Assembly: GCA_017482465.1 (NCBI GenBank)
Contig: JAFUMW010000063.1
Coordinates: 1 to 54,329 of the forward strand
Length of the DNA: 54,329 nt
Source: Clostridia bacterium
Lineage (GTDB): Bacteria; Bacillota; Clostridia; Oscillospirales; CAG-272
Direction of reading: 5' to 3'
Below, in pieces: positions 24,338-33,400 of the stretch. The translations under genes were made by a program, and so were the position numbers. The notes under the pieces are model-generated. The model saw only the letters and a program-made list of their open reading frames with translations, was not told where the DNA came from and did not search any database. The stretch's first letter is position 1. Every line of letters starts with the position of its first letter.

Positions 24338-27300
24338 TTATTCAAGTACCTCTATAACAGGACTTGCAAGTATTCCCATGTCCTTCAGTACATACTCATA
24401 GCACCATTTATCACCGTCAGTGTACCAATGATTCGGCCCAATCCAACAATCACCTGATATATTGTGAATGGAAGCAAACGTATTATATCTGCTCAGGTAC
24501 ACGGTAAACTCGACCGTGTGCTTCCCGGACTTTACTCCCGGTATATCAAGCTTATACGGATCGTAAACTATACATCCCTTATCCTCGCCGTCAATACCGA
24601 CTCTTACCATTGCCCCGCGATAACGGTTAACGCGTACACGCAGATCGCACTCAGGTACGTCGATCTCGGTCTTATATGTGACCGTTCCGCCGTAGAACGG
24701 AAGTCCCTGTGACGTGATGCTTCCGAACGCGAGTTCTCTCCCCGCTGATGTAAGCGTTGTCAGCATTCCCTCAACCTTTACGTCGAAATCTCCGATGAGA
24801 TAGCACCACTCGGTGTTTGTTGTCATACCGAAAGGCAGAGTTATCTCAAGAATATTCAGACCTTGCTTCACACACGGAAGAGCAAGCGTTTTATAGCACT
24901 CATCAACATAGTAGCCAACAGGCGTGCTGTCAACTGCCGCGCCGTTAAAGAAGATACGTGCTTTCTCTGCGTCCTCAAGCGCGAGCCTTACGCCGTTAAG
25001 CTCACATTCGCTGTTAATATCAAACACAAGCTTTATGCTATGCATCGGCTTCTCGGGCTTCATCGCCCAGGGTTGGGGAAGTCCGCGCGGTTTTTCGGGC
25101 AGTCCGAGCAGGCTTCGGCAAGCATTATCGATCTTCAGTATCTCATCCTTTTCATGCATCTCGCCGCCGTCAAGCGACCACTGTGCCAGATCAAGCAAGA
25201 GAACGTTATCCTCATCACGTGAATAGCATACCTTATGCTTAAAATCGATCGTCTTTGTCACCGTTTTTTGAGATGTAACGGCGGCATCGGAATGATTTTG
25301 TGCGTATCTGTCGAGCTTAAGCATAAGTGAGTCGTGATAATAAAGAACCGTTTCGATATAAGTATATCCGTTCGATACACGGTACAAAATATTCTTTATC
25401 TCTCCGTTGACCGTGTCATACAGGCTCGGTGAATACTCTCCCCGTATCTTTATGTATATCTTCTCGGGACGCGAGCAATCGGTCACCGGCTGTTTAACAG
25501 TACAGTGAGCTATAAACAGCCAATCGTTATCCGCTTCTTCTCTCATATTGTATATCAGATCGTTGCTCCTCATACCGTTTTCAAGGCGGATATCGATAAG
25601 CCTTTCATCCTTGAGTGCTTCACAAAGATCGTACCCTGTCAGACGGCACTGCACACTCTTACAGTACAGTGCCTTCGCGCGCTCATCAGCTCTGCCGTCC
25701 ATGTGCGTGGGACATCCGCCGACAAACACTACCCTGCCGCCCCTGTCAGCAAATTTTTCGAGTATTTCAAGCGTCGACGAACGTATGGTTTCAAGTGCCG
25801 GAACAAGTACAGCAGAATATCTCATAGCTCCTACCGCAAGCTCGTTTGTGATTTCTCCGAGCTGTTCCGGCAAAAGTCCCTCTGATATAAGGTCGAAATC
25901 CATGAGATTAAACAAAAGACCGTCGAGCATATTCTCATAGTCCTTTTGCATCCGCAAACGTTTTTCGCCCGTCAAATCGTGCGGTCCGAAATTGAGCCAA
26001 TAGCTCTCTATCGGGAATATCACTCCGATATTTACCTTAGGCTTTCCGCGCGTAAGTATCGACGCTACACGCGCGAAGTGATCCTCAACATAACGGTATT
26101 GAGTGTACCATGCAGACTGTCGCCCAATGCTTGCAGGATAATCGCGCTTGGCGTCACCGTTCATCGAAAGCCACGAAAGATGCGGAACTCTTACCGTAAC
26201 TCCGAGTGCCGCCTGCCAGTCACCCTGCAGCTTATGACCTCTGAAATCGAAATCCCAGCCTGTTACTCCGTACAGCTCGGAGAGCATTCCCTCCCGTGCA
26301 TACTGATGGACAGCCGACTGACACTGCTTGAGCGTCATAAACTCTCTTTTATCGCAAAGCACATCGACACCGGGAATTTGCATATACCTGTAAAATCTGA
26401 ACGGATCTCCGGTAGACGCAGAAAGATAATCAAGTCCATGCTCACCGTTGATGTGTCCGCTGAACATAAGTCCGTTCTTTTCGCACCAGTTTCCACAGGT
26501 TTTGGCATACGCCTCGGAAAAACGGTCGCTTAAATGGTCGTAGTAATGATATCTTGCCAGCGGCAGGATATCGCTTACACTTTCAAGTATTAACTCCGGA
26601 AGCTTATCGGTAAGATCGTATCCGTATTTACGTTTGAAGCTTTCATCAAAATCGAATGTCCAGAAGCTGTTTATTTCGATCGGGAAGCTACTGTTTTCAA
26701 GATGATACTCACAGTGAACGCCGCTGTACTGCGGCTCGTCGGTAAATACGGCAGGTATCACACCCCCGAAATCCTTGCCTACACAGTCCTTGTATCTTTC
26801 GTGGGTTATTTCCACAAATTTTTCTATAGCTTCGGCTCTCAGCGTATCAACGTAGGTTGAATTGTTAAACCACGGGTCATCTCTTCCGCACTCGCAATAC
26901 GCGTAAAGCTTATGAAACTTTGCCTTATCGCCTTCTCTGATACGTTTGTAGCTTACCATCCGATGCTCGCTGTCAAATTCGATGTCGTAAGCACCGACAA
27001 AATAGCTTTTGCCGCTTTCAACAGCTTCGGATTTTTCTACACTTTCCACTTTGTATTCGCAAAAATGTATAAATCTTGCCCTGTACCTGGGGATACTCGT
27101 AACATATCCCCCCGCAAAGCCCGAGGGCCACTTGTCCTCATCGTACAGCCATGCGTACATGCCGCGGCTTTTTGCCTCGTCAACACAGGTGCTGACGCAA
27201 TCCATAAACTCATCGCTCAGGTATTCGGTCGCCATACCCGCGCGCGGATGCATATTAAAGCCGCCAAATCCCATCTCCTGCAAACACGCAATATCATGCT

Positions 27301-27418
27301 TCAGTGCTTCTTTTGTAAGCTTTGTATTCCACGACCAAAACGGCGCACCCCTGTACTCGCTTGACGGTGACCTGAACATCTCATCAGTGTATTTTTTGTT
27401 TTTATCCTTGTACAGCAT
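24338..27418 (-). CDS. large cytoplasmic glycoside hydrolase (GH106-like alpha-L-rhamnosidase family candidate; family assignment tentative)
   Basis: ATG at 27418 after GTGAGG. N-terminus FRSPSSEYRGAPFWSWNTKL...LQEMGFGGFNMHPRAGM...YLSDEF is the pattern I associate with GH106-type TIM-barrel enzymes. ~1026 aa, no signal peptide. Confidence 0.55.
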   Translation of the reverse strand: MLYKDKNKKYTDEMFRSPSSEYRGAPFWSWNTKLTKEALKHDIACLQEMGFGGFNMHPRAGMATEYLSDEFMDCVSTCVDEAKSRGMYAWLYDEDKWPSGFAGGYVTSIPRYRARFIHFCEYKVESVEKSEAVESGKSYFVGAYDIEFDSEHRMVSYKRIREGDKAKFHKLYAYCECGRDDPWFNNSTYVDTLRAEAIEKFVEITHERYKDCVGKDFGGVIPAVFTDEPQYSGVHCEYHLENSSFPIEINSFWTFDFDESFKRKYGYDLTDKLPELILESVSDILPLARYHYYDHLSDRFSEAYAKTCGNWCEKNGLMFSGHINGEHGLDYLSASTGDPFRFYRYMQIPGVDVLCDKREFMTLKQCQSAVHQYAREGMLSELYGVTGWDFDFRGHKLQGDWQAALGVTVRVPHLSWLSMNGDAKRDYPASIGRQSAWYTQYRYVEDHFARVASILTRGKPKVNIGVIFPIESYWLNFGPHDLTGEKRLRMQKDYENMLDGLLFNLMDFDLISEGLLPEQLGEITNELAVGAMRYSAVLVPALETIRSSTLEILEKFADRGGRVVFVGGCPTHMDGRADERAKALYCKSVQCRLTGYDLCEALKDERLIDIRLENGMRSNDLIYNMREEADNDWLFIAHCTVKQPVTDCSRPEKIYIKIRGEYSPSLYDTVNGEIKNILYRVSNGYTYIETVLYYHDSLMLKLDRYAQNHSDAAVTSQKTVTKTIDFKHKVCYSRDEDNVLLLDLAQWSLDGGEMHEKDEILKIDNACRSLLGLPEKPRGLPQPWAMKPEKPMHSIKLVFDINSECELNGVRLALEDAEKARIFFNGAAVDSTPVGYYVDECYKTLALPCVKQGLNILEITLPFGMTTNTEWCYLIGDFDVKVEGMLTTLTSAGRELAFGSITSQGLPFYGGTVTYKTEIDVPECDLRVRVNRYRGAMVRVGIDGEDKGCIVYDPYKLDIPGVKSGKHTVEFTVYLSRYNTFASIHNISGDCWIGPNHWYTDGDKWCYEYVLKDMGILASPVIEVLE

Positions 27419-27453
27419 AACAAACCTCACACATAAGAATTTACAATTACCTC

Positions 27454-27482
27454 TTGACTAATTATAGCAAATCGGTTAGAAT
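27454..27482 (+). promoter_or_regulatory. promoter of the AraC-family regulator
   Basis: TTGACT - 17 nt - TAGAAT. Confidence 0.45.
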
Positions 27483-27546
27483 AAATCTATACCCTATTTT
27501 GCGGTTTTATAGGGGTATTTTGCGCTATTCACGGGGTAATTTTAAT

Positions 27547-28470
27547 ATGGAAAACAAACAAACGAAAAAAAGCAAGGATACATCAACGCGTACAAAAAGA
27601 TCCGGCTCTTCGGTCAACAAAGCGCGCGTGCTTAAATACATAGACCCGATCGAAAAAATACACACCTTCACAAGAATTCATACCGAGGTATCCCCTCACA
27701 TCCACAGATTTTTGGAGCTTGCGTATGTGCTTGAGGGTACGGCTGTACACGGCATGAACGGCGTTGAAGCGGTAATAAAAAAGGGAGACTATATCATAAT
27801 CGACCTTGGCGACGTTCACTATTACAACGCTCCGAATAACGGTCAGTTCATGATCCAGAACCTGCTTTTTCTGCCCGAATTTGTTGACCGTATGCTTATA
27901 AACGCTCAAAGCTTTTCAGAGGTTCTCAACTGCTATCTTGTTAAGTGCTCAAACGGTAAAACACCTCTCGCGATCGCAAACCGCATCTTTCATGATGACG
28001 ACGGACGTGTCAAAGATATACTGAGTCACCTATTAAATGAATACGAGCAAAAAAAGCTTGGTTACCTTGAGGCGATACGCTGTGATATAATCGAGATAAT
28101 AATCGAGACCATACGCAAAGCTTCTCCGGGCAACAACAGCTTCGCCGTCTCCAAGAGCACCGAATACATATGTCAATATATATCCAATCATTTCAAGGAA
28201 TCAATAACCCTTACAGACGTGTGTAACGCAACAGGATACAGCGTACCGTATGTCAGCCGAAGATTCAAGGAGGAAAACGGCATGACCTTCAGCCGTTATC
28301 TTCAGCAGATGCGTATAAACGAAGCTCGCAGACTTTTATTCGAAAGCAATGCCAAAATAATCGACATTGCCGAGCATGTGGGATATTCGGATATAAAGTT
28401 TTTCAACACTCTTTTCAAGAAACTGACCGGAAAGACCCCACGCGAATACAGATTGCTGTGCAGGGAATAA
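27547..28470 (+). CDS. AraC family transcriptional regulator (cupin sensor + HTH)
   Basis: ATG at 27547. C-terminus ...FSRYLQQMRINEARRLLFESNAKIIDIAEHVGYSDIKFFNTLFKKLTGKTPREYR. Confidence 0.8.
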   Translation: MENKQTKKSKDTSTRTKRSGSSVNKARVLKYIDPIEKIHTFTRIHTEVSPHIHRFLELAYVLEGTAVHGMNGVEAVIKKGDYIIIDLGDVHYYNAPNNGQFMIQNLLFLPEFVDRMLINAQSFSEVLNCYLVKCSNGKTPLAIANRIFHDDDGRVKDILSHLLNEYEQKKLGYLEAIRCDIIEIIIETIRKASPGNNSFAVSKSTEYICQYISNHFKESITLTDVCNATGYSVPYVSRRFKEENGMTFSRYLQQMRINEARRLLFESNAKIIDIAEHVGYSDIKFFNTLFKKLTGKTPREYRLLCRE

Positions 28471-28508
28471 TATAATTATATTCCTCACATTTTTGCCGAT
28501 TTCACCTA

Positions 28509-28537
28509 TTGAAAAACACATATCGTAATTGTATAAT
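28509..28537 (+). promoter_or_regulatory. promoter upstream of the GH2 gene
   Basis: TTGAAA - 17 nt - TATAAT. Confidence 0.45.
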
Positions 28538-28540
28538 TAA

Positions 28541-28572
28541 CCCGACCGATGTTATCGGTCGGGCATTTTTTT
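28541..28572 (+). terminator. intrinsic terminator of the araC-like gene, immediately after the GH2 promoter
   Basis: cccgaccgat GTT atcggtcggg followed by cattttttt. Confidence 0.6.
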
Positions 28573-28591
28573 ATGAGAGGAAGTAAGAATC

Positions 28592-30358
28592 ATGATACCG
28601 AGAAGCGAATACCCGCGTCCGCAGCTCGTGCGCGACGCATGGATCAATCTCAACGGAGAATGGGATTTCGAAATTGACAACTCTATGTGCGGAGAAGCCA
28701 AGGGCTTTCAGCGAAAAGACAGCCTTGCAGGCAAGATAACCGTACCCTTCTGCCCCGAAAGCAAGCTTTCGGGTATCGGCAACACCGATTTTATGCTTTG
28801 CGTATGGTACAGACGCGACCTTGTTATTCCCGAGGAGCATAAGGGAAAGAAGGTAATACTCCACTTCGGTGCGGTAGATTACCTTGCTAAATTGCACGTC
28901 AACGGACACTACGTCGGCGAGCACAGGGGCGGATATACTCCCTTCTCTTTCGATATTACACCGTATCTGAACGGCGGTAAAAACAACATTGCACTTACTG
29001 CTTACGATGACATCAGAAGCCGTAATCAGCCTGCGGGAAAGCAGTCCATGGCATTCAATTCGCACGGCTGTTTTTATACCCGAACAACAGGTATATGGCA
29101 GACGGTGTGGGTTGAATTCGTTGGTGAAAGCTATATAAAGGGCGTACGCTTCGGCACAGACACAAGCACACCCGCTGTCAATATAAAGGCAGAGCTTTGC
29201 GGCGATTACATCGGCTGTACTCTTGACGCCGAGATAACATATGAAGGTAAGCCTATGGGTAAGGCAAGCGTTGATATAAGCGGTAACACCGCATCCTTCT
29301 CTGTCGCTTTAGCTGAAAAGCATCTGTGGGAGGTCGGCTGTGGCAGACTTTACGACGTTGTTCTCACTCTAAAACGCGACGGCAATATTTGCGACCGTGT
29401 AAGCTCATACTTCGGCATGAGAACTGTATGCCTTGACAAGCGCGCGTTCAAGATAAACGGAAAGACCGTGTTTGGCAGATTTGTGCTTGATCAGGGCTTC
29501 TATCCCGACGGCATTTACACCGCACCCACCGACGAGGACTTAAAAAACGATATCGTCTGCTCAATGCAGCTCGGCTTCAACGGTGCGAGACTACATGAAA
29601 AGATATTCGAGCCGCGCTTCCTTTATTGGGCTGACAAGCTTGGCTACCTAGTATGGGGAGAGCATGGAAACTGGGGACTTGACGTGACCGAATACAAGCA
29701 AATAGAGCATTTCTTACCCGAATGGGTAGAATCAGTGCAAAGGGATATCAACCACCCCTCGATCATCGGCTGGTGTCCGTTCAATGAGACATGGGACAGC
29801 TTCGGCAGAAAGCAGAACGATATGCTTATAAAAACGGTATACAGGATCACAAAGGCGCTTGATAATACCCGTCCCGTGATCGACGTAAGCGGCGCATACA
29901 GAGTAGAAAGCGATGTTTACGACGTACACGATTACACACAGAGTGTAGAAGAATTCAAAGCCCATTTCCCTGCCAAGGAAAAAGGCAGTGCCTCGTATTC
30001 GTCCGATTTTCTTAAGAAATATCATTCCCATCGACAGCAGCTTGACGATAAAGCACCGTTATTCATAAGCGAATACGGCGGAATCGGCTGGAGCGATGCT
30101 TTCCTGAATGACTATAGTGAAGCAGGGGACGCATGGAGCTACGGAAACGCGCCCAAGACCAAGGAAGAATTCATAGCACGTTACAAGGGACTTACCGACG
30201 TGCTTCTTGACAACCCATACATATTCGGCTTCTGCTACACACAGCTTTACGACGTTGAGCAGGAGATGAACGGTCTTATGACCTACGGACGCAAATTCAA
30301 ATTCGATCCCGCGATTATTCATGCTATCAACTCGCGCAAGGCGGCTATCGAGGAATAA
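28592..30358 (+). CDS. glycoside hydrolase family 2 enzyme (beta-galactosidase/beta-glucuronidase-like), cytoplasmic
   Basis: EYPRPQLVRDAWINLNGEWDF N-terminus. NHPSIIGWCPFNE (acid/base region) and LFISEYGG (nucleophile region) are typical of GH2. Confidence 0.75.
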   Translation: MIPRSEYPRPQLVRDAWINLNGEWDFEIDNSMCGEAKGFQRKDSLAGKITVPFCPESKLSGIGNTDFMLCVWYRRDLVIPEEHKGKKVILHFGAVDYLAKLHVNGHYVGEHRGGYTPFSFDITPYLNGGKNNIALTAYDDIRSRNQPAGKQSMAFNSHGCFYTRTTGIWQTVWVEFVGESYIKGVRFGTDTSTPAVNIKAELCGDYIGCTLDAEITYEGKPMGKASVDISGNTASFSVALAEKHLWEVGCGRLYDVVLTLKRDGNICDRVSSYFGMRTVCLDKRAFKINGKTVFGRFVLDQGFYPDGIYTAPTDEDLKNDIVCSMQLGFNGARLHEKIFEPRFLYWADKLGYLVWGEHGNWGLDVTEYKQIEHFLPEWVESVQRDINHPSIIGWCPFNETWDSFGRKQNDMLIKTVYRITKALDNTRPVIDVSGAYRVESDVYDVHDYTQSVEEFKAHFPAKEKGSASYSSDFLKKYHSHRQQLDDKAPLFISEYGGIGWSDAFLNDYSEAGDAWSYGNAPKTKEEFIARYKGLTDVLLDNPYIFGFCYTQLYDVEQEMNGLMTYGRKFKFDPAIIHAINSRKAAIEE

Positions 30359-30363
30359 ATCAA

Positions 30364-30390
30364 AAATGTGCAGATTAAATCTGCACATTT
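30364..30390. terminator. bidirectional terminator
   Basis: aaatgtgcagat TAA atctgcacattt, a 12-bp stem between convergent genes. Confidence 0.7.
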
Positions 30391-30403
30391 CTTTATTTTA
30401 CCG

Positions 30404-33400
30404 TTATTGTACATACGGCAGTGACATGTAACCGTCCCACTTGGCAAGATAGCGTGCAAGGATAACACCATCTGCCGATACGACCTCACCATCTGCATCT
30501 ACGTCTGCTACCGTTAGATCAAGTACGTCCTCACCGTATCCGCTCCATTTGGCAAAATAACGCTCAAGCATTACCGAGTCGGAGGCAGCGACATAGCCAT
30601 CACCGTCAACATCGCCGAGAAGCAGACCGTCATCTCCGGTGCAATCGTATGCAGCTGCGTCCTCCACACTGTTAAAAAATGCAATGTACGCAATATCAAA
30701 GTAATCACCTGCGGTGACTGTCGGAGTCTTGAAATAAGGCTTGAGTGTAACCTTTTTCGGATTTCCTCCGCTTATTCCGTCCCACCATGAATCTCCTTCC
30801 GCTCTGCTAAGACCTGCCCAACTGTTGGCAGAGCCGTACTGTCCGCCTGTCCAACCGTTATGTGGGCTTTCGCTGACACCGTCAAGCGTAAGATCGTAAA
30901 TAAGACCGTTCCATACTCCGTCGGCGTCATAATACTTTTCATATCCCCAAAGACGCGCATCGGCATCGGCTGTACTGTCCTTTAGATATGGAATAAACAT
31001 CATAGTATCAATAAGCTCTGCCCCCGCAGAGTTATACGCTCTGTAGCCAATCTTCATAACGCTTGCTTCTCTTATATCAAAGCCCTCGGGGAAGAAGTCT
31101 TCGCCGAATCTGATCTCAAGAGACGTATCAGCGTTTGTGGACGCTGACGTATTAAAGCGTTTTATGCTTTCATATCTGCCGCTGTTATCCGCAACGGTTA
31201 CAGGATCAAGTAAACCGCCCGATCTGCTGTAGGTCAGGCTACTGTCATCCGATGTTCTCACAAGCACAGTCTCAACCCTTCTGAAGCTTGCTTTTACTGT
31301 CATATTCTCAGTAACAGCCATGCCCTCGGGAACACTCCAGCCTGTAAACACTCGATTTGTCACAGAAGGTGTGTCTTCGGGATAGCTAAGCGAGCTGCCA
31401 CTTTCAACATACTGTGTCTTGAACACTTCTCCGTTTACCGTATATTCGACCTTAATATATCCCTGTTCCTCAAGTGAATACTCATACGCCTTTGCCTCCT
31501 CAACAGAATTAAAGAAGGATATTGCCGCAATATCGAAATAATCGTTTGCCGTAAGCTTTTTACCCCCATAGTAGGGCTTGAAAACAAACGCTTCGGGAGG
31601 AAGCTCGTCCCACACACTGTCCCAATATGTCATTTGAGACATCTGTGTCAAAGAAGCATAATTGCCCGACGCTCCGAGCTGACCGCCTGTCCACTGTGCC
31701 GTTGACAGATCAAGTATGAAGCTCGTCCACTCGCCGCTCGTATCATAATTCGCTCTGACTCCCCAAAGTCTGGCGCCGGTATGCATGATCTGACCGTCCA
31801 TATATGCTATACGGAGATTTATGTCCGCAAGATCGGTGTTCGCAACGTTTGATCTCATGTCTATCCTGATAACCGGAGATTCCTTCAAGCGGAAATCGGA
31901 AGGAAATCCCGCAGCACTAAACACAGCGTCAATACGGGTGTTATCAGTTGCAGTGTAGTCATCAGAACCAATAAAGTGCTTGTATACACCGTGAGTTGTA
32001 AAGCTGTCGTACACGGTCTGCCCTGCGGTGATACCTGTGCTTGCATTTAACGTAAGCGCTTCATCGTCTGCAAGAAATAGTGCCGCAGGCTTTACCTTAC
32101 CCATTATCGCATTGACCGTGATATCTCCGTTTACAACGCATCCCTCTTCAACATCCCATTTTACAAGATAATATCCGTTTCCGCTCGGCTTTTTGTCAGG
32201 ATAAGTAAGCTTTGCTCCGTTTTTCACGTTCTGTACCGCAAACAGATCATTTCCATACATATACTTTACTATACTGCGGTCACTGTAGCTAAAGCCGCTT
32301 GCCGAAGCTTCATCGTCAAAGGCCGCTATATATCCGATAGTAACATATGCATCATCTCCAAGCTCATCCGATGCGTACCAAGGATATATGTACATCTCCT
32401 TGATAACGTCATTATACGAACAGTCCTCATAGCTTATGCCACTCGTATCGCTCTCGGTGAGCGATGCAAGGTCAATAAGGACTTCCTTATATGTACCCAC
32501 AGGAGTGAGATCAACATATCCGGTCAAAGTTACGGTTGCATCGCTGTTTGAATATGTGGCAAGCGCACTTACCATTGCGTTTGCAGACGCATTCCCTCCA
32601 ACCTCAATACCGAGCTTCAAATATCTGGTTGTAGCAGGAGTATCAAGTACAAGCCTTACACAAGCATCTGTATCTGCTAATGCAAACGCCGAGCTTTTTA
32701 CGGTTTCGGTTGCCGCATCGTATGTAAACCTTGAAAATCCTGCGGACATTTCTGCCTCAAGCTGTTCTGCCCCAATTATCACATACGGCTCTCCCTCAGG
32801 GGCCGATTCTCTCAACAATTCGAACTTAAGCGTATTAATGTTAGCTCCTCTGTTCTTGCAACGAAGCTCGATATACTGTTCTCCGGCTTCAAAATATCCG
32901 GCAGTTTCAAAGGATTTCCATGTCTGCCACCCGCCGGTTGAGGGCACGTCAAAGCCGCATATTGTTTCACCGTCGATTCGATGTACGGTAACTCTGTCCT
33001 CAACGTATTCGGTTCTTGTTGTCGCCGCACGCAGTGTAAGCTTGTAATATCCCGATTTCTCAATATTAACTAAATAACGCACGAATCTTTCGTTTTCAAA
33101 ATAATTGACACATTTACCGCCGTCGGTATCACTGCAGCTCTCGGTGCCTACCTCTGGTGAGGACGCGACGTATTCGGACAGCTTTATCGTTCCGGGAAGA
33201 GCGAGTGCATATGACTCTACCTCTTCATCGACATAAAACTCTTCACTTGTCTCTTCTTTTTTAAGACCGTAGCCAAGGCTCCAAAGATTGTCTCCTGTAA
33301 GCTCTTCGCCAACAGTGGGAGTATTGTCTATACCAGCATAGCTTGCAGGCCAATCTATCGGAAGCTTACCTGTAAAATCATACGCTTCATTAAACAGCAC

